37,728 nt of DNA from an uncultured Piscirickettsiaceae bacterium (GCA_964647745.1 CAZYJG010000003.1:1-37728), one strand, 5' to 3'. Shown: positions 1 to 7,595, counted from the stretch's first letter. The notes: generated by a model from the letters alone, not told the origin. Made by a program: numbers and translations.

Positions 1-154
1 CCTGAGCCAAGCCAGAGGTACACCTCTGGAAGGTGCAGAGACTACCTGAGAACTACAGTGTTCTTAATCACAGGTTAGAGCGTCCCGCATCCAAACAGCT
101 CATGCTGCGGATGGTGAGATAGTCCGCTCCAGATGGAAACATTTGGATTCAGTG
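1..154 (+). ncRNA. Group I self-splicing intron, 3' portion (5' part lies before the window), interrupting a tRNA anticodon loop
   Basis: Core motifs in the right order: CCTGAGCCAAGC (1-12, P4/P6), P6a hairpin CCAGAGG-TACA-CCTCTGG (12-29), GAAGGTGCAGAGACTA (29-44, J6/7-P7), P8 CATCC...GGATG (88-113), GAGATAGTCC (116-125, J8/7-P7'), P9 TCCAGATG-GAAA-CATTTGGA (128-147), terminal G154 directly before the tRNA 3' exon. Closely resembles the Azoarcus tRNA-Ile and cyanobacterial trnL intron cores as I recall them. Confidence 0.93.
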
Positions 155-194
155 AATCCCTTGGTCCCTGGTTCGAGTCCAGGTGGGCCCACCA
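155..194 (+). tRNA. 3' exon of an intron-split tRNA, most likely tRNA-Ile2 (CAU, lysidine); anticodon and 5' exon are outside the window
   Basis: AA-TCCCT (A37/A38 + anticodon stem 3' strand), TGGTC variable loop, T-arm CCTGG-TTCGAGT-CCAGG, acceptor strand TGGGCCC, discriminator A, encoded CCA. AATCCCTTGGTC...GGGCCCACCA matches proteobacterial Ile2 tRNAs, and an intron after position 36 matches Azoarcus. Identity is inferred. Confidence 0.85.
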
Positions 195-607
195 ACTTCC
201 TACAGAAGCTGATTCTCTCCAGACCCCATTCAACAACGATGGTCCCTGGTTGATGAATGCTGCGCATTCACCCTACGGGTGGCCTGCGGCCATCTCGGCT
301 TGCGCCGATCGAGTCCAGGTGGGCCCACCAACTTCCTACAGAAGCTGATTCTCTCCAGACCCCATTCAACAACGATGGTCCCTGGTTGATGAATGCTGCG
401 CATTCACCCTACGGGTGGCCTGCGGCCATCTCGGCTTGCGCCGATCGAGTCCAGGTGGGCCCACCAACTTCCTACAGAAGCTGATTCTCTCCAGACCCCA
501 TTCAACAACGATGGTCCCTGGTTGATGAATGCTGCGCATTCACCCTACGGGTGGCCTGCGGCCATCTCGGCTTGCGCCGATCGAGTCCAGGTGGGCCCAC
601 CAACTTC
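173..607 (+). repeat. tRNA-linked tandem repeat, 136-bp unit, ~3.2 identical copies
   Basis: CGAGTCCAGGTGGGCCCACCAACTTC starts at 174, 310, 446 and 582 (period 136). Units look identical by eye. Each is a 45-nt spacer + TGGTCCCTGGTT + 58-nt hairpin insert + CGAGTCCAGGTGGGCCCACCA. Confidence 0.97.
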
Positions 608-613
608 ACAACA

Positions 614-2161
614 CTATCTTGTTTCTGAGAGATAGCCCCTCTTCTGCCGATTCTCCCCCTTCAGAATTGCAGTCGCCTGCTCCCGCTCCTCTCCATAGAG
701 ACGCCCCAACAGTAGTTCTGCATCCTCCTCACCAAGCGTCCCCTGGATCATCCCGTGGTCAGCCACCCATCCGATAGCCGCCTTACGGTTTGCGCTCCTC
801 TCCAGCAGTGGCAATAGTGCAGAGAGCTTGATCGGGGCGGGAAGGTAGCTTCTCTTCTGTCCATTGTTCCCCAGCAGGGAGAGCAGCACGCTGTAGCGAG
901 ACTCACCAACAAGGCCGCTCATCAACCCGAGCGCCTGATCACTGCTCAACGGAGCGGCCAGCTGGTCACGCTCCACCATAAAGTGGATCAACTCATCCCT
1001 GTAGGCACTCCGTTCCATTATCTCCATTGCCCCCTGGGCGGTGAGCGGCAGTTCAAGATAGCTCACCCCCTGCTCATTGTTTCCCAGAAGGGCGCGGAGT
1101 GCATCATGGCGGTCTGCACGTGCAAGTCCCCCCAGCAGGAGAACACCGTCTGCCACACTCAGCCCATCAACCAGGGCACCCTGATCTGCCAGAAGCCCAA
1201 CCATCTCGTCACGATAGACCATCCCCTCCAGCAGGGCTCCCGCATCGGCCACAGCCAGTGGGGTCTGAAGATAGCGCCTCTCCTGCTCATTGAAACCAAG
1301 CAGAGACCTCACCACACTGAAACGGTCTGTCCTCTCAACCCCGTCCAGTAGCTGAATCGCCTCCTTGGCTCTCAATTCACCCGCAAATACCCCATGGTCA
1401 GCGAAGTAGCGGATCAGCTCAGAGCGCAGGGCAACCCCACTCAGCAACCTTTTTGCATCGGCATACCCAAGTGGAAGTTTCAGATAGTCCCTCTCCTCGC
1501 TGTTGGAGCCGAGCAGTGCCTTGACGGAGTCGTGACGATCCATCCCGCTCTGGCTCTGCATCATCCTCTCTGCATCATCGACAGTGAACCCCCCCTGCAG
1601 GAGCGCCCGGTCGGCCATATAACGGATCATCTCCGCACGATCCGAACCGGCAGCAAGAAGGGTATCGACCTGACCGGCCCCAAACGGGGCACGTGCATAG
1701 TTTCTCCCCTCCCGGTTGGCGCCCAACAGGGAGCGGAGGGAGCGGTCATACGCCCTTCGCCCTGCCGGCCCAATCAGTGTGCGTATCTCCTCAACATCAA
1801 GCCCTCCGGCAGGAGTCCCGGAATCTGCAAGATGGGCAATCAGATCCTGCCGCTGCCTGCCACTGCCATCCAGCAGGGCATTGATCTCTCCCACGGAGAG
1901 CGCTCCCGGCAGCAGGTTCCTGCTGTTGCGATTGTCCCCCAGCAGGGATTTGGCCGCATAGTAACGGTCTGTTCCGCTCAGCCCCTGGAGAATCTCGATC
2001 CCGCTGTTGATGGAAAACTGCTGCCCACCCCAGACCGTATCGGCAAGACGGGTAATGGCCGCCCTCCTCTCATACCCGCTCTTCCCCTCCAGATCAGCAA
2101 CGGGATCTGCCGCTACCCAGGAGGAGAACAGCACCAATAAAGTTAGACCTGCTCTGTTCAC
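614..2161 (-). CDS. Exported hypothetical protein of ~7 tandem ~70-aa helical repeats
   Basis: Long ORF (track 614..2188). GTG at 2161 has GAGGAG upstream and is followed by a signal-peptide-like NRAGLTLLVLFSSWVAA-DP. Recurrent R..(S/A)LLGxNxxxRxYLxxPL motif. Confidence 0.8.
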   Translation of the reverse strand: MNRAGLTLLVLFSSWVAADPVADLEGKSGYERRAAITRLADTVWGGQQFSINSGIEILQGLSGTDRYYAAKSLLGDNRNSRNLLPGALSVGEINALLDGSGRQRQDLIAHLADSGTPAGGLDVEEIRTLIGPAGRRAYDRSLRSLLGANREGRNYARAPFGAGQVDTLLAAGSDRAEMIRYMADRALLQGGFTVDDAERMMQSQSGMDRHDSVKALLGSNSEERDYLKLPLGYADAKRLLSGVALRSELIRYFADHGVFAGELRAKEAIQLLDGVERTDRFSVVRSLLGFNEQERRYLQTPLAVADAGALLEGMVYRDEMVGLLADQGALVDGLSVADGVLLLGGLARADRHDALRALLGNNEQGVSYLELPLTAQGAMEIMERSAYRDELIHFMVERDQLAAPLSSDQALGLMSGLVGESRYSVLLSLLGNNGQKRSYLPAPIKLSALLPLLERSANRKAAIGWVADHGMIQGTLGEEDAELLLGRLYGEEREQATAILKGENRQKRGYLSETR

Positions 2162-2352
2162 AATCCACTCCTCTGCACTTGTTCCCATATTGTGAGGTTA
2201 TGAGTCTAGTCCAAACCTGCAGCCAGGGCTAGGCCCCTCCAGGGACCCATCACCTCCTCCTGCTGCACGGCTTCACCAGCTACAAGGCTCTTTTCCGGCA
2301 GCCTGAAACTGCTTTGCGAGAAGCCAATTTAACCGCTTAACTTCCTAAGACC

Positions 2353-2367
2353 CTAAGTAATACTTAA
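2353..2367. promoter_or_regulatory. Palindromic candidate operator CTAAG-N5-CTTAA in the AT-rich divergent intergenic region
   Basis: TAAGTA-A-TACTTA (2354-2366) is a perfect inverted repeat between the repeat-protein gene and the XRE gene. Confidence 0.35.
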
Positions 2368-2482
2368 TTGTTTTTACTTGCGATCCAAAATAGAGTGCCT
2401 ACAGTGGTAAATATAATAGTAAAAAGCTCGGGTAAGGGCAGTTCAATCAGGAGGGAACCCCATCCATGTCGGCAACCAGACC

Positions 2483-2818
2483 ATGTGCGACCGCAAGGTA
2501 GTTTTCGGTGAGCGCCTAAGGCAGGCGAGACAGCAGTCGGGGCTGTCTCAGAAGCAGTTGGGTCTGGAGATTGACATTGATCCGGCAACAGCCAGCCCCC
2601 GCATCAACCAGTACGAAAACAACCGCCACCGCCCGAGTGACCAGACGGCTGTAAATCTGGCAAGGGCGCTCAAGGTGCCTGTCGCCTTCTTCTATGCAGA
2701 GGATGATGGGCTGGCAGAGCTGATCCTGCTCTGTGTTCAACTCAGCAGAGAGCAGCAGAGGGTACTTGGACGCTATATCGAGGAGCGGTATGGTATTGAG
2801 TGCTGCATCAAGATCTGA
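2483..2818 (+). CDS. XRE-family helix-turn-helix transcriptional regulator
   Basis: FGERLRQARQQSGLSQKQLG...ASPRINQYENNRHRP...LARALKVPVAFFY is a typical Cro/C1-type HTH. Confidence 0.9.
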   Translation: MCDRKVVFGERLRQARQQSGLSQKQLGLEIDIDPATASPRINQYENNRHRPSDQTAVNLARALKVPVAFFYAEDDGLAELILLCVQLSREQQRVLGRYIEERYGIECCIKI

Positions 2819-2829
2819 TGCCACAAGCC

Positions 2830-3417
2830 CTACGGCCTCTTCTGCCACTCCCCAAGGAAGAAATTCCGCAACCAGACCCTTAGCTCCCCAAACACGCCTG
2901 GTGTTGTTGCAGTTGCGGCCATAGGCTGTCTGGCGCGACCCTGTTCAGCCCGCTGTTGACGGTAGGCCTTCCACCCCTGGTCTGCCACCTCGGTGACTGG
3001 AACCGACTCCTCGTCTGGTGGCTCAACGGCCTCTGGCTGTGGGGCTGCCTGCTGCTGAGATGATCCCTGAATAGTCTGGTACTCCAGCAGGCGCAGCAGT
3101 CTGCGATTGTCCTCCCGAATATCATCAAGCTCCGATCTGAGGTCATGAATCAACCCCCGAAGATCGGTAAGCTCCCTTGCTGTAACATAGGGGTCCCCGC
3201 CGGATGCCGGGCTGGAGGGGATATCCTCTGGCTCTGCAAGGGTTGGGGAGTCATTGAAGTTGACATCATCGAAGACACGCAACAGCTCCGAGGTCTCTAC
3301 GCGCCGCTTTCCATCCTTGCCTACAACATAGGTCAGATCGCCGCGACTGAACATGCGGTAGATGCTGGAACGGCTCTTCCCCGTCAGTTCACAAACTTCC
3401 TTGATATTATGAAGCAT
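2830..3417 (-). CDS. DNA-binding protein: N-terminal excisionase/MerR-like HTH, central coiled coil, amphipathic C-terminal helix
   Basis: NIKEVCELTGKSRSSIYRMFSRGDL...GKRRVETSELLRVF (winged HTH); LTDLRGLIHDLRSELDDIREDNRRLLRLLE (heptads); GVFGELRVWLRNFFLGEW tail. Confidence 0.75.
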   Translation of the reverse strand: MLHNIKEVCELTGKSRSSIYRMFSRGDLTYVVGKDGKRRVETSELLRVFDDVNFNDSPTLAEPEDIPSSPASGGDPYVTARELTDLRGLIHDLRSELDDIREDNRRLLRLLEYQTIQGSSQQQAAPQPEAVEPPDEESVPVTEVADQGWKAYRQQRAEQGRARQPMAATATTPGVFGELRVWLRNFFLGEWQKRP

Positions 3418-3466
3418 CGCTACGCCCGTACAGAATCACCCAATAGATGGCATAATGATACACTGT

Positions 3467-3483
3467 GAGACAGTTGCTGTCTC
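3467..3483. promoter_or_regulatory. Inverted repeat GAGACAG-TTG-CTGTCTC upstream of the HTH/coiled-coil gene (operator or weak terminator of tsaC)
   Basis: Perfect 7-bp arms in the 3418-3499 intergenic region. Confidence 0.4.
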
Positions 3484-3499
3484 CATTATCGCACCCTTT

Positions 3500-4072
3500 T
3501 CAGCCGGCGCGAATCACCGCTCCGGAGCGGAAATCCCGAATCTCACTGGGCGACAGAAACCCGCCCGTTGCCCCGGAAACCACCATATCCAGCTGTTTTC
3601 CAAGAGACCGTCTCACTGAGACGGCGCTCCTCAGTGATGGATGCCCCGCAAGATTTGCACTGGTTGAGACCAGTGGTGACCCAACATGGTTGCAGAGCTC
3701 AACCACAGGGGGAAACTCCGTTATCCGCACTGCGACACTCTGATGCTCCCCCCTGATCCACCACGGTGTCTGCGCTGAGACGGGGACAATCCAGGTGATA
3801 GGCCTCTTGCGAATCGCTCCCAACCGCCTCAGGTCCGAGCTCTTGGGCAGCGAGAGAAATGGGGCCAACTGCTCGATACTGGAGGCGATCAGAATCACCC
3901 CCTTTGAGGGATCCCGCTGCTTGATCTCCAGCAGTCGAAGAGCCGCCTCGCGATTCCAGGGGTCGCACCCCAGTCCATAGACCGACTCTGTCGGGTAGGC
4001 AAAGACCCCGCCAGAGAAGAAGAGGCGGGAAAACTGACGCAGTCTCCATGGGGAGTAGCAGGATGAGGTCAT
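3500..4072 (-). CDS. tsaC: L-threonylcarbamoyladenylate synthase (Sua5/YrdC family)
   Basis: GGVFAYPTESVYGLGCDP, IKQRDPSKGVILIA and PLVSTSANLAG motifs. ATG at 4072 preferred over the TTG at 4099. Confidence 0.93.
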   Translation of the reverse strand: MTSSCYSPWRLRQFSRLFFSGGVFAYPTESVYGLGCDPWNREAALRLLEIKQRDPSKGVILIASSIEQLAPFLSLPKSSDLRRLGAIRKRPITWIVPVSAQTPWWIRGEHQSVAVRITEFPPVVELCNHVGSPLVSTSANLAGHPSLRSAVSVRRSLGKQLDMVVSGATGGFLSPSEIRDFRSGAVIRAG

Positions 4073-4157
4073 AGAGGGGCGCTCAACGGGCTGTAACAAT
4101 TTGACACGTTTAACATTTTACCGGCTGGTACGATAACATCCCGGAGGAGTACGATCC

Positions 4158-5954
4158 ATCAATACCAACCGCAATCCACCGCAAACAATCCGCTCCCTGG
4201 GGGCGGCAGGGTTACTCCTGACGGCGATCCTCATTCTGGTTGCCGCAACGTCCTCCCCTGTCGATGCCACAGGGGAGGCAGAGGCAGGGAACAGGCTCCT
4301 GGGAATCGAGATTGTCACCGCCTCTCCGGTTGAGACAGGGGGCAGAGCGCCGCTGGAGAGCGGTGTTGCCACACTACTGTTCCACTTTGCCCGACCAGCC
4401 CCGACACCGAGGCTCTTCTCCATCCACTCGACACAGCAACTGGTGATCGATTTTCCGAATACGGCGAGCGATCCGCAGCTAACCCCACCCCGGACAGCTC
4501 CCCCCCTGGAGGGGATAGAGGTGGCCTCCAATGGGGAGAGGGTCCGGGGTGTGCTCTCCATGCAGGAACCCCTTCTCTACCGCACCATGAACAGTGGGCA
4601 GACCCTGCAGCTCTCCCTGTTCCGGCCAGGCGACATCCAGCACCAGCCACCATCCATTGATGACAACGGTCTCATCAACCTCTCACTGGAGCGGGAGCCG
4701 GTTGCAGATGCACTGCGCAGGATTGCAGGCGATGCGGGACAAAACCTGATTCTCAATGGTGATATTGGAGGGACAACCACCCTTCAGCTGCGGCAGGTCC
4801 ACTGGAGGGAGGCCTTCGACCTGCTGGTTGAGCAGAACCGGCTGCAACTGCTGGAGCAGGAGGGCATTCTGGTCGTCAGTGATGGCCAACAGCAGCCGGA
4901 GCCGCAGGGTCCGGCCTCCTCCATTGACCCCGACACTGATGAGCCCCCATCTCCTGTGGAGGAGATCCATACCGAAATCATTCCGCTCCACTACTCGGAT
5001 GCTGCCGACCTGAAGAGAACCCTTGAGAGCGACCAGAGGAACCCCCTGCTGTCGGAGAGGGGGGTGCTGGGTGTGGATGAGCGGACCAACTCCCTCCTGA
5101 TCCAGGAGAGCGGGGAGAGGATGGAACAGATCCGGGCCCTGATCAGGGAGCTGGACACCCCCTCCAGACAGGTACTGATCGAGTCAAGGATTGTGATTGC
5201 AGCCGATGATTTCAGCCATGAGCTGGGGGCACGACTGGGCATCACCCACCTTGAATCCGCACAGGAGCAGTGGGGGTTCTCCCTCTCCGGCAGCAGTGAG
5301 GCCGCGGACGCTGCACTATCCGGCAATACCCCCGGAGTTGGTGGTGACAGCAGTCGCCTTGCGGTCAATCTTCCGGCAACCAACCCGACAGGGCGCATCG
5401 GGCTGACACTTGCCAAACTGGCCACCGGAAGCCTGATTGACCTGGAGCTCTCTGCAGCACAGATCGAGGGGCGTACCGAGATCATTGCCAGCCCGCAGAT
5501 CATCACCTCGGATGGCTACGAGGCGATTATCCAGCAGGGTGTTCAGATCCCCTATCGCTCGGATACCCTGAGCGGCGGTACAGATATCAGCTTCAAGGAT
5601 GCAGTCATGGAGCTGCGCGTTACCCCCCAAATCACCCCGGATCACCGAATTATCCTTACACTGCGGGTCAAAAAGGATGCCGTTGGTGCTATCCTTTGCA
5701 GCGGATGTGAGCCCAGTGTCGACACCCGGGAGGTGAAGACGCGGGTCATGATGGATGATGGCGAGACGTTGGTGATCGGCGGGATCTATGAGGAGCGGAA
5801 ATCGAGCTCCGAGAACCGGGTTCCCCTGCTTGCCGATCTCCCCTTTGTTGGGGCTCTGTTCCAGAACCAGAGCGAGACAGATGGCAAGGGTGAACTCCTG
5901 ATCTTCATCACCCCCTCCATTCTCCCTGAAGGGAAAAGTGCCGGAGAAAATTGA
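4158..5954 (+). CDS. pilQ: Type IV pilus/competence secretin PilQ (start uncertain: first canonical start is GTG 4443, but the frame is open from 4137 and encodes a signal peptide)
   Basis: STN/N0 segment (INLSLEREPVADALRRIA), N-domain (DERTNSLLI), QVLIESRIV, and C-terminal VPLLADLPFVGALF...ELLIFITPSIL. Directly upstream of aroK-aroB as usual. Confidence 0.88.
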   Translation: MNTNRNPPQTIRSLGAAGLLLTAILILVAATSSPVDATGEAEAGNRLLGIEIVTASPVETGGRAPLESGVATLLFHFARPAPTPRLFSIHSTQQLVIDFPNTASDPQLTPPRTAPPLEGIEVASNGERVRGVLSMQEPLLYRTMNSGQTLQLSLFRPGDIQHQPPSIDDNGLINLSLEREPVADALRRIAGDAGQNLILNGDIGGTTTLQLRQVHWREAFDLLVEQNRLQLLEQEGILVVSDGQQQPEPQGPASSIDPDTDEPPSPVEEIHTEIIPLHYSDAADLKRTLESDQRNPLLSERGVLGVDERTNSLLIQESGERMEQIRALIRELDTPSRQVLIESRIVIAADDFSHELGARLGITHLESAQEQWGFSLSGSSEAADAALSGNTPGVGGDSSRLAVNLPATNPTGRIGLTLAKLATGSLIDLELSAAQIEGRTEIIASPQIITSDGYEAIIQQGVQIPYRSDTLSGGTDISFKDAVMELRVTPQITPDHRIILTLRVKKDAVGAILCSGCEPSVDTREVKTRVMMDDGETLVIGGIYEERKSSSENRVPLLADLPFVGALFQNQSETDGKGELLIFITPSILPEGKSAGEN

Positions 5955-6482
5955 GTGGCCAAAAGCAGAACAACAAAAAACATTTTCCTGGTTGGACTGA
6001 TGGGTGCCGGAAAATCAACCATCGGGAAGAGGCTGGCAGAGTCCATGGGCAAGGTGTTTCTCGATAGTGACCATGAGATCGAGGATCGTACCGGTGTATC
6101 CATCCCCACCATCTTTGATATTGAGGGAGAGGCGGGGTTTCGGGACCGCGAAAGCGCCATCATTGATGAGCTGACCAATAAAAAGGGGATTGTTCTGGCA
6201 ACCGGCGGGGGCGCTGTCCTGCGCAGTGAAAACCGCAAGGTCCTGGCCGCCCGTGGCCTGGTCATCTACCTGAACGCCTCGGTGGAGCAGCTGTTTCAAC
6301 GTACCCGGATGGACCGTAACCGCCCACTGCTGCAGACCGGGGATCCAAAACAGAAGCTGCAGGATCTGCTGACACAACGTGATCCACTCTACCGTGAGAT
6401 TGCCGACCTTGTGGTGGATACCGATGACCGCTCCATTCAGCAGGCGATCCCCGAATTGATTGAGAAGATTGAGAAACTATGA
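5955..6482 (+). CDS. aroK: Shikimate kinase
   Basis: [17 protein letters not shown]-loop, [23 protein letters not shown]. Confidence 0.97.
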   Translation: MAKSRTTKNIFLVGLMGAGKSTIGKRLAESMGKVFLDSDHEIEDRTGVSIPTIFDIEGEAGFRDRESAIIDELTNKKGIVLATGGGAVLRSENRKVLAARGLVIYLNASVEQLFQRTRMDRNRPLLQTGDPKQKLQDLLTQRDPLYREIADLVVDTDDRSIQQAIPELIEKIEKL

Positions 6483-7561
6483 ATACACTGGAAGTTGATC
6501 TCGGTTCCAGAAGCTACCCGATCCACATTGGGTCGGGCCTGCTTGGTGATCCACAGTGGGTTGAGCCCCACATTCAGGGGACACAGGTGATGATTGTCAC
6601 CAATGAGACGGTCGCCCCACTCTATCTTGAGATGGCCAGAGAGGCCTTCCGCTCCTACCAGGTGGAGAGCGTGATTCTCCCGGATGGCGAGCAGTACAAG
6701 GACCTGAAGACATGGAACACCATCTTCGATGCCCTGCTGACTGCACGCTTTGACCGCAAGTGCACACTGGTTGCACTGGGGGGAGGCGTTGTCGGTGACA
6801 TCACCGGCTATGCTGCCGCCAGCTATCAGCGTGGTGTCGACTTTATCCAGATTCCAACCACACTGCTGGCCCAGGTAGACTCCTCGGTTGGTGGCAAGAC
6901 CGGGGTCAACCACCCGCTCGGAAAGAACATGATCGGCGCCTTCCATCAGCCCCGCTGCGTCATTGCCGATACCGACAGCCTCAACACGCTGGATGAGCGC
7001 CAGCTGAGTGCCGGCATTGCCGAGGTGATCAAGTATGGGCTGATCCGCGACCCCGACTTCTTCTCCTGGCTTGAAGAGAACATGGGGCATCTGGTTGCGA
7101 GAGAGCCCGCTGCACTTGCATACGCCATCCGGCGCTCCTGCGAAAACAAGGCGGAGGTGGTCGCTGCAGACGAACTGGAGGCGGGGCAGCGCGCCTTGCT
7201 CAACTCTGGCCACACCTTTGGTCATGCGATTGAGGCGGGAATGGGATATGGGGTCTGGCTCCATGGCGAGGCCGTTGCTGCCGGGATGGTGATGGCTGCC
7301 GACCTCTCCATGCGACTGGGGTGGATCTCCGAGAAAGATGTAGAGCGGCTGAGAAGATTGATTCAGCAGGCAAACCTGCCGATCCAGGGCCCTGCCACCC
7401 TGCAGCCAGAGCGCTATCTGGAGTTGATGTCTGTCGACAAGAAGGCGGAGGCGGGGAGGATCCGCCTGGTTCTGCAGAGGGGGATTGGAGATGCGGTTGT
7501 GACCGAGGAGTTCACTCAGGAAAAGTTACTGAAAACCCTTCGCTGCTGTAGTGAGCAATGA
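6479..7561 (+). CDS. aroB: 3-dehydroquinate synthase
   Basis: [44 protein letters not shown]. Confidence 0.97.
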   Translation: MNTLEVDLGSRSYPIHIGSGLLGDPQWVEPHIQGTQVMIVTNETVAPLYLEMAREAFRSYQVESVILPDGEQYKDLKTWNTIFDALLTARFDRKCTLVALGGGVVGDITGYAAASYQRGVDFIQIPTTLLAQVDSSVGGKTGVNHPLGKNMIGAFHQPRCVIADTDSLNTLDERQLSAGIAEVIKYGLIRDPDFFSWLEENMGHLVAREPAALAYAIRRSCENKAEVVAADELEAGQRALLNSGHTFGHAIEAGMGYGVWLHGEAVAAGMVMAADLSMRLGWISEKDVERLRRLIQQANLPIQGPATLQPERYLELMSVDKKAEAGRIRLVLQRGIGDAVVTEEFTQEKLLKTLRCCSEQ

Positions 7562-7595
7562 CACTAACTACTAAACACCAACCACCAACCACTAC
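7561..7595 (+). repeat. Degenerate heptamer tandem repeat (CCACTAA-like x5)
   Basis: ACACTAA CTACTAA ACACCAA CCACCAA CCACTAC fills the aroB-dgt gap. Confidence 0.7.

Noticed and set aside
240-602. Repeats as additional functional tRNA genes or alternative 3' exons for the intron
   Set aside because: Each copy lacks the D-arm, the anticodon stem (AATCCCT is absent) and the 5' acceptor strand, and its T-loop is interrupted.
173-607. CRISPR array
   Set aside because: The intervening sequences are identical rather than unique spacers, the repeat is tRNA-derived, and no cas genes are present.
133-777. Four short ORFs (133..348, 257..484, 393..635, 529..777)
   Set aside because: They are by-products of the intron, tRNA and 136-bp repeat read in shifting frames, with no RBS or protein-like features.
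1394-2140. 248-aa plus-strand ORF and other long antisense ORFs (e.g. 24794..25978, 27012..28649, 29016..29966, 32104..33411)
   Set aside because: Shadow ORFs opposite well-supported genes in GC-rich DNA, with no recognisable motifs.
3500-4072. Functional link between tsaC (t6A37) and the nearby tRNA-Ile2
   Set aside because: The genes are on opposite strands and separated by three unrelated genes. Proximity alone is not evidence.
4101-4134. Sigma70 promoter for pilQ (TTGACA at 4101)
   Set aside because: The nearest -10-like hexamer (TACGAT, 4129) is 22 bp away, so the spacing is not credible.
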